Shown: positions 31,905 through 43,376, numbered from the stretch's first letter. The stretch is DNA of 64,000 bases from Escherichia coli (GCF_965641715.1 NZ_OZ282453.1), one strand, 5' to 3'. Translations and numbers: made by a program. Notes: generated by a model not told the origin, from the sequence alone.

Positions 31905-32175
31905 TATCTTTTTCTCTTTCTGAACGTGAATATTGCGGTGGACGGTTCATCAGCTGTGGGGCAAGACGTTTTGCCACCTGAAGAATAACCACCACCGCAG
32001 CGGGAAGCATGAGCAAAACACCGAGAAAAATCATCAGAATCTGCACTTCTGGCCGAGAAAATGGCTCAGGCAGCGACAGGGAGTCGCTTACCGACAGCAG
32101 CGCCACCGCCAGCAACATCATTCCGATAAATTCCAGTATCAACACGCTTTTAGGCAATTTACCGATCGCGCGCAT
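31888..32175 (-). CDS. ybjC: small membrane protein YbjC, 95 aa
   Basis: ORF track; 17-nt overlap with the nfsA start, as in the E. coli ybjC-nfsA-rimK operon. Confidence 0.85.
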   Translation of the reverse strand: MRAIGKLPKSVLILEFIGMMLLAVALLSVSDSLSLPEPFSRPEVQILMIFLGVLLMLPAAVVVILQVAKRLAPQLMNRPPQYSRSEREKDNDANH

Positions 32176-32334
32176 ACGCTTCCCTCTGCAAAGTGAGCCT
32201 TCAGTCTAAAACTTTTCACTGTATTGTGTTTAACAGTTATAGCTTTTAGCAATTAATGCAACAGGTTAAACCTACTTTCAGCGAATACATTTTAGCGTGA
32301 TCATTACAGGCATAAATCTATGAGGAGAGAAATA

Positions 32335-32592
32335 ATGCAAACCGTTATTTTTGGTCGTCCGGGTTGCCCTTACTGTGTGCGTGCAAAAGATCTGGCTGAG
32401 AAATTGAGCAATGAACGCGATGATTTTCAGTATCAGTATGTAGATATTCGTGCGGAAGGGATCACTAAAGAAGATCTACAACAAAAGGCAGGTAAACCCG
32501 TAGAAACCGTGCCGCAGATTTTTGTCGATCAGCAACATATCGGCGGCTATACCGATTTTGCTGCATGGGTGAAAGAAAATCTGGACGCCTGA
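32335..32592 (+). CDS. grxA: glutaredoxin 1, 85 aa
   Basis: ORF track 32320..32592 trimmed to ATG 32335 (MQTVIFGRPGCPYCVRAK...); CPYC active site; GAGGAGAG SD upstream. Confidence 0.95.
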   Translation: MQTVIFGRPGCPYCVRAKDLAEKLSNERDDFQYQYVDIRAEGITKEDLQQKAGKPVETVPQIFVDQQHIGGYTDFAAWVKENLDA

Positions 32593-32621
32593 TCGTCTGA
32601 CAAGCCCTCGCGTTGAGGGCT

Positions 32622-32999
32622 TTACTGATTTTTTCTGTGCTGTGGTTTAAACAAACTACTGATAAATAAGAAACACAGTGCCCCCAGCGCACACCAGAAC
32701 ACCGCGCTTAGTAACCATGCCAGCTCTTGCCAGAATGAGCGGGTCGGTGAAAAAAACAGCCGCATAATAAGCATTGAACAGGGTGCCGCCAGCATTGCGC
32801 CAAACAGAGGTTTCAGGACTTCTCTACGCTGTGAAAAGAAACTGGCAACTGCTCCAGGAAGAATGAAAAACAGCAAGCCGATTTCAGGATGCCCGGCAGC
32901 CCGAAAAGCGCCTTTCATGTGCGTCGCCAGAAAAAGGCACACCACAATGAAGAGGACAAAACAGCAGATTGCCCCCGCCCAACGTTGTTTATGTTTCAC
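32622..32999 (-). CDS. ybjM: inner-membrane protein YbjM, 125 aa
   Basis: ORF track; matches E. coli YbjM. Confidence 0.85.
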   Translation of the reverse strand: MKHKQRWAGAICCFVLFIVVCLFLATHMKGAFRAAGHPEIGLLFFILPGAVASFFSQRREVLKPLFGAMLAAPCSMLIMRLFFSPTRSFWQELAWLLSAVFWCALGALCFLFISSLFKPQHRKNQ

Positions 33000-33268
33000 T
33001 CGTTCCTCCTGACACTGCGTCTATCGAACACATTTTTCGCCAGTGTGGCGTTCAGTAAGATAAAGCCGCTTCGCATTCCATGCTAATATAGGCCAACGCA
33101 ATTCATATAGCCGTTGATACCTAATGTGATTACACTAGTAAAATATATTGTTACTTTACTATCGTTTAGGTGCGCTGAATGAATCTGCGCCCTGAATTCT
33201 GGTAAAAAACATTATCGTAAATTACCATTTCTTTCAACAGCTTACTAGTAAACAAGAAGTTAGCCTCC

Positions 33269-34954
33269 GTGAATATAAACGTCGCCGAATTGTTAAATGG
33301 GAATTACATTCTGTTATTATTTGTGGTCCTCGCGCTTGGGCTATGTCTCGGAAAGTTACGACTTGGTTCGATCCAACTGGGTAATTCCATTGGCGTTTTA
33401 GTCGTATCGCTGTTATTAGGCCAACAACATTTCAGCATTAACACCGATGCGCTTAATCTTGGCTTTATGCTGTTTATTTTCTGCGTCGGGGTCGAAGCCG
33501 GACCGAACTTTTTTTCCATTTTTTTTCGCGATGGGAAAAATTACCTAATGTTAGCACTGGTGATGGTTGGCAGTGCGCTGGTGATCGCCTTAGGGTTAGG
33601 TAAGCTGTTTGGCTGGGATATTGGCCTGACGGCCGGTATGTTAGCAGGCTCTATGACGTCGACACCGGTTCTGGTCGGTGCTGGCGATACACTGCGTCAT
33701 TCCGGCATGGAAAGCAGGCAACTCTCACTGGCACTGGATAATCTGAGCCTCGGGTATGCCTTAACCTATTTAATCGGTCTGGTGAGTTTGATTGTTGGTG
33801 CGCGTTACTTGCCGAAATTGCAGCATCAGGACTTACAGACCAGCGCCCAGCAAATCGCCCGCGAACGTGGCCTGGACACTGATGCCAACCGTAAGGTTTA
33901 TTTACCGGTGATCCGCGCCTATCGCGTCGGCCCGGAGCTGGTGGCCTGGACCGACGGCAAAAATCTGCGTGAACTGGGTATTTATCGACAAACCGGCTGC
34001 TACATTGAACGTATTCGACGTAACGGGATTCTGGCAAATCCAGACGGTGATGCCGTGCTACAAATGGGCGATGAAATAGCGTTGGTAGGCTATCCCGACG
34101 CCCATGCCCGACTCGATCCCAGCTTCCGTAACGGCAAAGAAGTTTTCGATCGTGACCTTCTCGACATGCGTATCGTCACTGAAGAAGTGGTCGTTAAAAA
34201 CCATAACGCTGTAGGTAAACGTCTCGCACAACTGAAGTTGACCGATCACGGTTGCTTCCTTAACCGCGTCATTCGTAGCCAGATTGAGATGCCGATAGAT
34301 GACAACGTCGTGCTTAACAAAGGTGACGTTTTACAAGTCAGCGGCGATGCCCGCCGCGTAAAAACCATCGCCGATCGCATCGGCTTTATCTCGATTCACA
34401 GCCAGGTCACTGACTTGCTGGCATTCTGCGCCTTCTTTGTTATTGGGCTGATGATCGGGATGATCACATTCCAGTTCAGCACATTCAGTTTCGGCATGGG
34501 GAACGCTGCCGGGTTGTTATTCGCCGGAATTATGCTGGGCTTTATGCGTGCTAACCACCCGACCTTCGGTTACATTCCGCAAGGTGCATTAAGCATGGTG
34601 AAAGAGTTCGGCTTAATGGTGTTTATGGCAGGCGTTGGTCTGAGCGCCGGTAGCGGTATTAATAACGGCCTGGGCGCGATTGGCGGTCAGATGTTGATTG
34701 CCGGATTGATTGTCAGTCTGGTGCCCGTGGTTATCTGTTTCTTGTTCGGTGCTTATGTATTGCGAATGAACCGCGCACTGTTGTTTGGCGCAATGATGGG
34801 CGCACGCACCTGCGCGCCGGCAATGGAGATCATCAGTGATACAGCTCGCAGTAACATCCCGGCGCTGGGCTATGCGGGCACCTACGCAATCGCCAACGTC
34901 CTGCTGACGCTGGCAGGGACAATCATCGTCATGGTATGGCCAGGATTAGGATAA
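33269..34954 (+). CDS. ybjL: AAE-family transporter YbjL (two TrkA-C domains), 561 aa
   Basis: ORF track; matches E. coli YbjL. Confidence 0.9.
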
Positions 34955-35030
34955 AACTGAAGTTGCCCTGAAAATGAAATTTTTTTGCACAACCGCAGAA
35001 CTTTTCCGCAGGGCATCAGTCTTAATTAGT

Positions 35031-35109
35031 GCCACTGCTTTTCTTTGATGTCCCCATTTTGTGGAGCCCATCAACCCCGCCATTTCGGTTCAAGGTTGGT
35101 GGGTTTTTT
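35031..35109 (+). ncRNA. rybB: RybB small RNA (sigma-E-dependent, Hfq-binding), 79 nt
   Basis: gccactgcttttctttgatgtccccattttgtggagcccatcaaccccgccatttcggttcaaggttggtgggtttttt matches the known RybB sequence, including the terminator hairpin and U-tract; sigma-E-like -35 GAACTT and -10 TCTTA upstream; lies 76 bp after ybjL as in K-12. Confidence 0.9.
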
Positions 35110-35286
35110 GTTATCTAAATCCCCAAAATCTCCATTCTCTCCCCTGTCCAAAGCCTTATCTGACTGTCCTCTCTTCCAGAAAATCATTCTTTTTCGTACA
35201 AAGAACAAATAGTTATTGAGAAGCTTATTTAAAAACCTGAACAAAATCGGTAATATTCCTGGCTTTGCAATACACAGACTTTTTAT

Positions 35287-35838
35287 ATGGATATTAACGA
35301 GCTAAAAGAGTGCCTTCATCTGGAAGTCATTGGTAAAAGTAGGAAATTCACATGGCGTAAAGTCATTGTAAGGGCGATGAAACATCGGCGCGTTCGTTAC
35401 TTATTCTGGTGGCGTATCGCTAAATACGGCCATGAGAAAGGTGGTTACTGGCGGAAAATTGCTGGCAAAATTGAGCGAAAAATCCTTGATAGTTATGACG
35501 TTAAAATCCCATTAGTCGTTGATATAGGCAAAGGGTTGGATATTTCATACTTAACGGGAGTTGTTATCGGTCATAACGTAAAAATTGGTGAGAATTGTTC
35601 CATCAAACCCGGCGTAACCATCGGCCTACGTGGCCATTTTGACGAAATGGATATACAGATTGGCAACAATGTCACCATTGGTTGCAACGCCTCCATTCTG
35701 GGCGGCAAAGTCTATATTGGAGATAACGTCACGATAGGTGCACATGCATTGGTTTTGCATGATATCCCAGAAAACTCCATTTTTATCAATAAAATAGAAT
35801 ACGAGATTATCCCGAAAAAAGTTATAGCCGAAATGTGA
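35287..35838 (+). CDS. hexapeptide-repeat acetyltransferase, serine-acetyltransferase-like (CysE/WcaB family), 183 aa; not part of the K-12 backbone
   Basis: Tandem hexapeptide repeats (VVIGHNVKIGENCSIKPGVTIG ... IQIGNNVTIGCNASILGGKVYIGDNVTIGAHALV) and an SAT-like N-terminal region; no obvious SD; sits in lower-GC DNA between rybB and rcdA. Confidence 0.7.
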   Translation: MDINELKECLHLEVIGKSRKFTWRKVIVRAMKHRRVRYLFWWRIAKYGHEKGGYWRKIAGKIERKILDSYDVKIPLVVDIGKGLDISYLTGVVIGHNVKIGENCSIKPGVTIGLRGHFDEMDIQIGNNVTIGCNASILGGKVYIGDNVTIGAHALVLHDIPENSIFINKIEYEIIPKKVIAEM

Positions 35839-35897
35839 TCGCCAGTGAGATGATTAGCGCTATCGAGGGAGGTGTTGCGTCTTATCGACCTCTGTAG

Positions 35898-36434
35898 CTA
35901 CCCAGCAACCCTCTCAACCATCCTCAAAATCTCCTCGCGCGATAGCGGCTTACGGTCGGTGACAAAATGCAGCGTCATCCCCTCAATAAACGCATCAAGC
36001 GCGCGGGCGGTTCCGGGTTCAAACCATTGTTCGAGCGTTTGCTGACTGCGCTGCATCCAGTTTTGCATTACCGTTTTTAATAGCGGTTTTCGGCTAGCCA
36101 GCGCGTAGAGCTGGTACATCAGCTCCATGTTATCCGGCGTTGCAACCTGTGAGCTGTAGATCATATCGGTGATAGCCTGGCATGCGCCTTGAGCATCACT
36201 AACATCGCTAAAAAATGCCTGATATTGCCGGGACATGATCTCAGTAAAACTGCTGAACGCCTCCAGCAACAACTCATCAATTCCTGAAAAATAGTAGGTC
36301 ATCGATCCCAACGGTACCCCGGCAAGGGTAGCAATTTTGCGGTGCGTAACAGCATGTATTCCGTAAAGTTTCACCGCCTCCAGCGTGGCCTGGATAATTT
36401 TTTCTCGCCGTTGCGGATCGTTAGCGCGACGCAT
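35898..36434 (-). CDS. rcdA: TetR-family regulator RcdA (YbjK), 178 aa
   Basis: ORF track 35898..36464 (TTG) trimmed to ATG 36434 ([21 protein letters not shown]...). Confidence 0.9.
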   Translation of the reverse strand: MRRANDPQRREKIIQATLEAVKLYGIHAVTHRKIATLAGVPLGSMTYYFSGIDELLLEAFSSFTEIMSRQYQAFFSDVSDAQGACQAITDMIYSSQVATPDNMELMYQLYALASRKPLLKTVMQNWMQRSQQTLEQWFEPGTARALDAFIEGMTLHFVTDRKPLSREEILRMVERVAG

Positions 36435-36454
36435 GTCATTTCCTCTGTCTGCAA

Positions 36455-36474
36455 TTGTGTACAAATGTACACAA
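36455..36474. promoter_or_regulatory. perfect inverted repeat TTGTGTACA-AA-TGTACACAA in the rcdA/ybjJ divergent promoter region; probable RcdA (TetR-type) operator
   Basis: 9-bp arms are exact reverse complements; 21-40 bp upstream of the rcdA ATG and 44-63 bp upstream of ybjJ. Confidence 0.45.
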
Positions 36475-36517
36475 CCTTGCTAATGTTGTCTTCCTTCTTC
36501 TTATTTTGACGTGATCT

Positions 36518-37726
36518 ATGACCGTAAATTCTTCACGTAATGCATTGAAACGCCGAACCTGGGCGCTGTTTATGTTCTTCTTTTTGCCGGGCCTGTTAAT
36601 GGCGTCCTGGGCAACCCGTACGCCTGCTATCCGCGATATCCTCTCTGTCTCGATCGCTGAAATGGGCGGTGTTCTCTTTGGTCTGTCGATCGGTTCGATG
36701 AGCGGTATTCTCTGCTCGGCGTGGTTAGTGAAACGCTTTGGGACACGTAATGTCATCCTGGTCACCATGTCCTGCGCATTGGTCGGGATGATGATATTAA
36801 GTCTGGCACTCTGGCTGACATCGCCCCTGCTCTTTGCCGTTGGTCTCGGCGTCTTTGGGGCAAGTTTTGGTTCTGCGGAAGTGGCGATAAACGTTGAAGG
36901 TGCCGCCGTTGAGCGAGAAATGAATAAAACGGTTTTGCCGATGATGCACGGTTTTTATAGCCTGGGCACGCTGGCAGGCGCTGGTGTCGGGATGGCACTG
37001 ACGGCCTTTGGCGTTCCGGCAACGGTGCACATTTTATTGGCGGCGCTGGTAGGCATCGCGCCTATATATATCGCCATTCAGGCAATCCCTGACGGTACGG
37101 GCAAAAATGCTGCCGATGGCACCCAGCATGGCGAAAAAGGCGTACCTTTTTATCGCGATATCCAGTTGCTGCTGATTGGTGTTGTGGTGCTGGCGATGGC
37201 CTTTGCCGAAGGTTCTGCCAACGACTGGTTACCCTTATTAATGGTTGACGGTCACGGTTTTAGCCCCACTTCCGGCTCGCTGATTTATGCCGGTTTTACC
37301 CTGGGGATGACCGTTGGACGCTTCACTGGCGGTTGGTTCATCGACCGTTACAGTCGCGTTGCCGTGGTTCGGGCCAGTGCGCTAATGGGGGCGTTGGGTA
37401 TTGGGCTGATTATTTTTGTCGATAGCGCCTGGGTCGCTGGGGTGTCTGTTGTACTCTGGGGACTGGGTGCCTCGCTGGGCTTCCCGCTGACCATTTCTGC
37501 CGCCAGCGATACCGGCCCCGATGCACCAACCCGCGTCAGTGTGGTAGCAACGACCGGTTATCTGGCTTTCCTCGTCGGGCCGCCGCTGCTGGGCTATCTC
37601 GGCGAACATTATGGATTACGTAGTGCAATGCTGGTTGTACTGGCGCTGGTTATTCTCGCGGCTATTGTCGCGAAAGCCGTCGCCAAACCCGATACCAAAA
37701 CGCAGACGGCGATGGAGAATAGTTGA
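36518..37726 (+). CDS. ybjJ: MFS transporter YbjJ, 402 aa
   Basis: ORF track; matches E. coli YbjJ. Confidence 0.9.
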   Translation: MTVNSSRNALKRRTWALFMFFFLPGLLMASWATRTPAIRDILSVSIAEMGGVLFGLSIGSMSGILCSAWLVKRFGTRNVILVTMSCALVGMMILSLALWLTSPLLFAVGLGVFGASFGSAEVAINVEGAAVEREMNKTVLPMMHGFYSLGTLAGAGVGMALTAFGVPATVHILLAALVGIAPIYIAIQAIPDGTGKNAADGTQHGEKGVPFYRDIQLLLIGVVVLAMAFAEGSANDWLPLLMVDGHGFSPTSGSLIYAGFTLGMTVGRFTGGWFIDRYSRVAVVRASALMGALGIGLIIFVDSAWVAGVSVVLWGLGASLGFPLTISAASDTGPDAPTRVSVVATTGYLAFLVGPPLLGYLGEHYGLRSAMLVVLALVILAAIVAKAVAKPDTKTQTAMENS

Positions 37727-38541
37727 TGAGCATTAAATTAATTGCGGTAGACATGGATGGTACTTTCTTAAGCGATCAAAAAACCTATAACCGTGAGCGG
37801 TTTATGGCTCAGTATCAGCAAATGAAAGCACAAGGCATTCGCTTTGTGGTCGCCAGCGGGAATCAATATTATCAGTTGATCTCTTTCTTCCCTGAAATTG
37901 CTAATGAAATTGCCTTTGTGGCTGAAAACGGCGGCTGGGTAGTGAGTGAAGGCAAAGATGTTTTTAATGGCGAGCTGTCGAAGGATGCGTTTACTACTGT
38001 CGTGGAACATTTGCTGACGCGCCCGGAAGTGGAAATTATTGCCTGCGGAAAAAATAGCGCCTATACGCTCAAAAAATATGACGATGCCATGAAAACGGTG
38101 GCGGAAATGTATTATCACCGTCTGGAATACGTCGATAACTTTGACAACTTAGAAGATATCTTCTTTAAGTTTGGCCTGAATCTTTCCGATGAACTGATTC
38201 CACAAGTACAAAAAACATTACATGAGGCCATCGGCGATATTATGGTGCCGGTCCACACCGGCAACGGCAGCATCGATCTGATTATCCCCGGCGTACATAA
38301 AGCCAATGGCCTTCGCCAACTGCAGAAATTATGGGGAATAGACGACAGCGAAGTGGCGGTCTTTGGCGATGGCGGTAACGATATTGAGATGCTGCGTCAG
38401 GCAGGCTTTAGTTTTGCAATGGAAAATGCCGGCAACGCGGTCGTCGCAGCGGCAAAATACCGGGCAGGCTCCAATAACCGTGAAGGCGTACTGGATGTGA
38501 TCGATAAAGTTCTTAAACACGAAGCGCCATTTGACCAATAA
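37726..38541 (+). CDS. ybjI: HAD-superfamily (Cof-type) phosphatase YbjI, 271 aa
   Basis: ORF track 37723..38541 (TTG) trimmed to ATG 37726, which overlaps the ybjJ stop by 1 nt; N-terminal DMDGT HAD motif. Confidence 0.9.
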   Translation: MSIKLIAVDMDGTFLSDQKTYNRERFMAQYQQMKAQGIRFVVASGNQYYQLISFFPEIANEIAFVAENGGWVVSEGKDVFNGELSKDAFTTVVEHLLTRPEVEIIACGKNSAYTLKKYDDAMKTVAEMYYHRLEYVDNFDNLEDIFFKFGLNLSDELIPQVQKTLHEAIGDIMVPVHTGNGSIDLIIPGVHKANGLRQLQKLWGIDDSEVAVFGDGGNDIEMLRQAGFSFAMENAGNAVVAAAKYRAGSNNREGVLDVIDKVLKHEAPFDQ

Positions 38542-38626
38542 AAACGGCAGCACGCCCGGCAACACAATACCTGAATGAAGGCTGCATAATTCGCGGAAAT
38601 TAACCCGCTGCATTATTTCAGGCGAA

Positions 38627-38911
38627 ATGTTTATGAAAAATTGTCTACTGTTGGGCGCGCTTTTAATGGGCTTTACTGGTGTGGCGATGGCGCAAAGTGT
38701 CACCGTCGATGTGCCGAGTGGATACAAAGTGGTTGTGGTTCCTGATTCAGTCAGCGTTCCACAAGCGGTCAGCGTCGCGACTGTGCCGCAAACCGTCTAT
38801 GTGGCTCCTGCGCCAGCTCCGGCTTACCGCCCGCATCCTTATGTTCGCCATCTTGCCAGCGTAGGTGAAGGGATGGTTATCGAACACCAGATTGACGACC
38901 ATCACCATTAA
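38627..38911 (+). CDS. ybjH: secreted small protein YbjH, 94 aa
   Basis: ORF track; signal peptide MFMKNCLLLGALLMGFTGVAMA; matches E. coli YbjH. Confidence 0.85.
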   Translation: MFMKNCLLLGALLMGFTGVAMAQSVTVDVPSGYKVVVVPDSVSVPQAVSVATVPQTVYVAPAPAPAYRPHPYVRHLASVGEGMVIEHQIDDHHH

Positions 38912-38951
38912 TTCGAGAATGCCTGATCGCACAAAGCAATCAGGCATTTTT

Positions 38952-40184
38952 TTACCCTTCGTGAGAATTTCCCATCTGTTTATCTTTTAAAAAGATAACC
39001 ATCAGCGACAGCCACAAAATTCCGTTGACAAGGTTGAAGAGATTAAACAGTCCGTTGCCCCCGTTCAGCCAGGCATGTTTGCTGATTTCAATACCGACGG
39101 TAAAGATCAGCATTTGCAGCATTCCCATCGCCGCAGAAACCGTACCTTTACTCATATCGCTGGCAAACAGGGTTAATCGCACCAGTCCCGCATTCGCCAG
39201 ACCAATACCGAAAGCATAAATACTTAACCCGGCAGTCATCCATAAATACGCGTGCGATGAGATAACCGTTGCCGCAGCAGCGACCAACAGACCAATCATA
39301 ATCGGCCAGCCGCCCATAATAATCAGCGAACGTACGGTGCGGCGCGAGGTCAGACGCGCTAACAGCAAGTTACCCGCAATTAACGCCCCGAAAATAGGCA
39401 CTTGCAGCAAACCATATTCATAGCTGCTCAACTGCTCGCCGGTAATGATGATAATCGGCGACTGGGCGATCCACGCCAGCAACGGCAGGCTAACGAATCC
39501 CAGCGCCAGCGCCCCCGCCACAAAGCGACCGTTCTTCAGCACCAGCTTATAGTCACGACCGAGTTCTTTCAGCGACAGTTTCTCGCCTATACGCGTGGCG
39601 GTTTCAGGCATGGCTCGTTGCAGACCGAAAAAGGAGATCGCTGCCAATGCGGCAAACAAGACAAACATCCCTTCCCAGGGCAGCACATGGATCCACGCCG
39701 CGCCCACCAGTGGACCAAGTAGCGGAGCAATCAGCGCCACGTTCGCCATCAGCGCGGTGATCTTGATACAAACCGCCTCTTCGAAGGATTCCTGAATTGC
39801 GGCGTATCCCACAGCGCCAATGAAACAGAGGCTTATGCCCTGCAAGAAGCGCAACAGGGTGAATTGTTCAATGCTTTGCGCCAGTAATATTGCCAGACAG
39901 GTGACAATAAACCACACCACACCCGCCAGCATAACCGGACGGCGACCAATACGATCCGACAACGGCCCCAGGAGCCATTGTAAAAACATCCCGCCCGCCA
40001 GATACGCGGTCATCGAAGTAGGAACCCAATCAATGCCCGCCTGATATTGTTCCACCACGGCCAACATACCGGGTTGAATCATATCGTTGCCGATATAGGT
40101 TGAAAATTCGTAAAGCACCAGACAGAGAGGGAAAAGTAACGCCTGACGTCCAAGCCTGGCACCGGAAGCTAATTTATTTTGCAT
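38952..40184 (-). CDS. mdfA: MFS multidrug efflux pump MdfA (Cmr), 410 aa
   Basis: ORF track; [40 protein letters not shown]...; matches E. coli MdfA. Confidence 0.95.
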   Translation of the reverse strand: MQNKLASGARLGRQALLFPLCLVLYEFSTYIGNDMIQPGMLAVVEQYQAGIDWVPTSMTAYLAGGMFLQWLLGPLSDRIGRRPVMLAGVVWFIVTCLAILLAQSIEQFTLLRFLQGISLCFIGAVGYAAIQESFEEAVCIKITALMANVALIAPLLGPLVGAAWIHVLPWEGMFVLFAALAAISFFGLQRAMPETATRIGEKLSLKELGRDYKLVLKNGRFVAGALALGFVSLPLLAWIAQSPIIIITGEQLSSYEYGLLQVPIFGALIAGNLLLARLTSRRTVRSLIIMGGWPIMIGLLVAAAATVISSHAYLWMTAGLSIYAFGIGLANAGLVRLTLFASDMSKGTVSAAMGMLQMLIFTVGIEISKHAWLNGGNGLFNLFNLVNGILWLSLMVIFLKDKQMGNSHEG

Positions 40185-40468
40185 GCAATTTCTTCGCCAA
40201 TAATAATCGCGCAGAGTTTAATAAAAGCGCAGCTAACGAGAAAGCGAATTTTGTAGCTGAAACCACGGTTAAGCACATTCTTACATTATTGCGAGTATAG
40301 CTACGCTTTCTTTAAGTTTTATTTAACCTATGCCCGTTACAATCACCCACCGTAAACAGGCCGCTTGAGGGAAATAAGACGATGCCGCTTTACCCAGTTT
40401 AACCTGCACTTTATTCTCAACGACTTGCCTGTATTGGCTCCCTTTTAATCACTTTGCGTCGGGAAGTT

Positions 40469-41065
40469 ATGCTGGAAAATTTGAATCTCTCTCTATTCTC
40501 TCTTATTAACGCGACGCCAGACTCGGCTCCGTGGATGATCTCGTTGGCGATTTTTATTGCTAAAGATTTGATTACCGTGGTGCCGTTGCTGGCCGCAGTA
40601 CTTTGGTTGTGGGGGCTTACAGCACAACGGCAACTGGTGATAAAAATCGCTATCGCGCTGGCGGTCAGCCTGTTTGTGTCCTGGACGATGGGACATCTTT
40701 TTCCGCACGACCGACCCTTTGTCGAAAATATCGGCTATAACTTCCTGCATCATGCGGCGGATGACTCATTCCCGAGCGATCACGGTACGGTGATTTTCAC
40801 CTTTGCACTGGCATTTTTATGCTGGCATCGTCTGTGGTCCGGCTCACTTTTAATGGTGCTGGCCGTCGTCATTGCCTGGTCGCGCGTTTATCTTGGCGTC
40901 CACTGGCCGCTGGATATGCTCGGTGGATTGCTGGCAGGTATGATTGGCTGCCTTAGCGCCCAGATTATCTGGCAAGCGATGGGGCATAAACTCTATCAAC
41001 GTCTGCAATCGTGGTATCGCTTCTGTTTTGCATTACCGATCCGCAAAGGCTGGGTGCGTGACTGA
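40469..41065 (+). CDS. ybjG: undecaprenyl-pyrophosphate phosphatase YbjG (PAP2 family), 198 aa
   Basis: ORF track 40454..41065 (TTG) trimmed to ATG 40469 (MLENLNLSLF...), GGGAAG SD upstream; PAP2 motifs SFPSDHGT / SRVYLGVHWPLD. Confidence 0.9.
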   Translation: MLENLNLSLFSLINATPDSAPWMISLAIFIAKDLITVVPLLAAVLWLWGLTAQRQLVIKIAIALAVSLFVSWTMGHLFPHDRPFVENIGYNFLHHAADDSFPSDHGTVIFTFALAFLCWHRLWSGSLLMVLAVVIAWSRVYLGVHWPLDMLGGLLAGMIGCLSAQIIWQAMGHKLYQRLQSWYRFCFALPIRKGWVRD

Positions 41066-41122
41066 TCTCTGCTAAAAAGTGTAGTATTGAGCGGCTCGCT
41101 TCAATAACTATTCAGAGGGATT

Positions 41123-41881
41123 ATGGAAACACGTCGCGAAGAGCGTATCGGGCAGCTGCTGCAAGAATTAAAACGCAGCGATAAGTTACATCTTAAAGAC
41201 GCCGCCGCCCTGCTTGGGGTTTCGGAGATGACGATTCGTCGCGATCTGAACAACCACAGTGCGCCCGTCGTTTTGCTCGGCGGCTATATTGTTCTGGAAC
41301 CGCGCAGTGCCAGCCATTACCTGTTAAGCGATCAAAAATCCCGCCTGGTGGAAGAAAAACGCCGGGCGGCAAAACTGGCTGCGACGCTGGTAGAACCCGA
41401 TCAGACCCTCTTTTTTGACTGTGGCACCACCACGCCGTGGATTATTGAAGCGATTGATAATGAAATACCTTTCACCGCCGTTTGTTATTCGCTAAATACC
41501 TTTCTGGCGCTGAAAGAGAAACCCCATTGCCGCGCATTTCTGTGCGGTGGTGAATTTCACGCCAGCAACGCCATTTTCAAACCCATCGATTTTCAGCAAA
41601 CGTTGAATAATTTTTGCCCGGATATCGCTTTTTATTCCGCGGCGGGCGTGCATGTCAGTAAAGGCGCTACCTGTTTTAATCTTGAAGAGTTGCCGGTAAA
41701 ACACTGGGCCATGTCGATGGCGCAAAAGCATGTGCTGGTTGTCGACCACAGTAAATTTGGCAAGGTGCGTCCGGCGCGCATGGGTGACCTGAAACGCTTT
41801 GATATTGTGGTGAGTGATTGTTGCCCGGAAGATGAGTATGTGAAGTACGCGCAGACGCAGCGTATTAAGTTGATGTATTAA
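41123..41881 (+). CDS. deoR: deoxyribose operon repressor DeoR, 252 aa
   Basis: ORF track; N-terminal HTH and DeoR C-terminal sugar-phosphate-binding domain; matches E. coli DeoR. Confidence 0.95.
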   Translation: METRREERIGQLLQELKRSDKLHLKDAAALLGVSEMTIRRDLNNHSAPVVLLGGYIVLEPRSASHYLLSDQKSRLVEEKRRAAKLAATLVEPDQTLFFDCGTTTPWIIEAIDNEIPFTAVCYSLNTFLALKEKPHCRAFLCGGEFHASNAIFKPIDFQQTLNNFCPDIAFYSAAGVHVSKGATCFNLEELPVKHWAMSMAQKHVLVVDHSKFGKVRPARMGDLKRFDIVVSDCCPEDEYVKYAQTQRIKLMY

Positions 41882-41927
41882 TGACGTATAACCGGATGAC
41901 GTTTCGCGCCATCCGGTTATCAGAAGA

Positions 41928-43130
41928 TTAAGAGAACCAGCTGCCGAACCACTGATGGAATTTCATCATCACGAAATCCCACATCCGACCAAAGAATCCG
42001 CCCTCTTCCACATTTTCCATCACGATCAGCGGACGCTGCTCAATGGATTTACCGTTAAGCTGGAAATCAATGGTCCCGACAACCTGACCTTTTTTCAGCG
42101 GTGCGGTAAGCTGCGGTTCCGTTAATGTATAACTCGCTTTCAGGTTTTTCAGCTGCCCACGCGGTATGGTCACTGAGCCCGCTTCACCTGCCCCGAGATT
42201 CACTTCGCTCTTATCACCAAACCAGACGCGCTGAGTCACAAAGGTGGCATCAGGTTTAATTGGCGTCACGGTTTCAAAGAAGCGGAAACCCCAGGTCAAT
42301 AATTTCTCAGACTCATTAAAACGGATACGGTCGGTTTTCGCCCCCAGCACTACGGAGATTAAACGCATATCGCCCTGGGTAGCCGAAGCAACCAGATTAT
42401 ATCCCGCGCCTGCCGTGGTTCCTGTCTTCATGCCATCAACATTCAGATTGCTGCTCCACAGCAGACGGTTACGGTTAGGCTGACGAATTTTGTTGAAGGT
42501 GAACTCTTTCTCTTTATGAATGGCGTACTCTTCCGGCACATCGTGGATCAATGCTTTACCCAGCAATGCCATATCGCGCGCGGTACTGAACTGCCCCGGC
42601 GCATCCAGACCGTGCACCGTCTGGAAGGTAGTGTTGGTCAGCCCCAGTTTTTTGGCATAACCATTCATCAAACCAATAAATGACTCCTGGCTCCCGGCAA
42701 CGTAATCGGCCAGCGCAATACAGGCGTCATTACCGGACTGGATAATCACACCTTTGTTCAAGTCTGCCACCGAAACCTGATCGCCCGGTTTGAGGAACAT
42801 TACCGATGAACCACGCAGTGCCGGATTTCCCGTCGCCCAGGCATCTTTACCGACCGTCACCATATCGGTGAGTTTAATCTTATCGGCCTTAAGCGCCTGC
42901 CCAACCACATAGCTGGTCATGATTTTAGTCAGGCTCGCGGGATCCAGTTTCTCATCCGCATTGCCTTCTGCCAGCACTTTACCGCTGGCGTAATCCATTA
43001 AAATCCATGCACGCGCATCCACGCTCGGCGCTTCAACGGTTTGTTCGGCCGCGAATGCCGTTGGGGCAAAAAGGAATAAAAATGCAGAACCCGCTGCAAG
43101 ACCACGAAGGAGAGAGGAGTATTGCGTCAT
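41928..43130 (-). CDS. dacC: D-alanyl-D-alanine carboxypeptidase DacC (PBP6), 400 aa
   Basis: ORF track 41928..43151 trimmed to ATG 43130 ([14 protein letters not shown]...); SxxK motif SLTK; matches E. coli DacC. Confidence 0.95.
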   Translation of the reverse strand: MTQYSSLLRGLAAGSAFLFLFAPTAFAAEQTVEAPSVDARAWILMDYASGKVLAEGNADEKLDPASLTKIMTSYVVGQALKADKIKLTDMVTVGKDAWATGNPALRGSSVMFLKPGDQVSVADLNKGVIIQSGNDACIALADYVAGSQESFIGLMNGYAKKLGLTNTTFQTVHGLDAPGQFSTARDMALLGKALIHDVPEEYAIHKEKEFTFNKIRQPNRNRLLWSSNLNVDGMKTGTTAGAGYNLVASATQGDMRLISVVLGAKTDRIRFNESEKLLTWGFRFFETVTPIKPDATFVTQRVWFGDKSEVNLGAGEAGSVTIPRGQLKNLKASYTLTEPQLTAPLKKGQVVGTIDFQLNGKSIEQRPLIVMENVEEGGFFGRMWDFVMMKFHQWFGSWFS

Positions 43131-43376
43131 AAATGCCACCCGAGTATCCATTCAAAAAAAATACGTTATATCGCCGTATGATAAGTTCGGTGATTAATAA
43201 CGCACACACAAACTTAAAGAAACCGTAAGTTGGTAAAGTTTTTAAAGTTTATGCAATATCCTGCCGCTTCGCTGCTTCTGGTGTCATTTTTTTGCCAGCT
43301 GTTGCTTAAAAGTTAACTTTACTTCACCATCGGAGTCCTGTTCAGCCTGTGGCTGCCTGTCGGAAAAGGGGTGAGT

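Noticed and set aside
35068-35109. Hairpin plus U-tract first read as the ybjL terminator
   Set aside because: It is the intrinsic terminator of the RybB sRNA (35031..35109); it may also stop ybjL read-through, but it is annotated as part of rybB.
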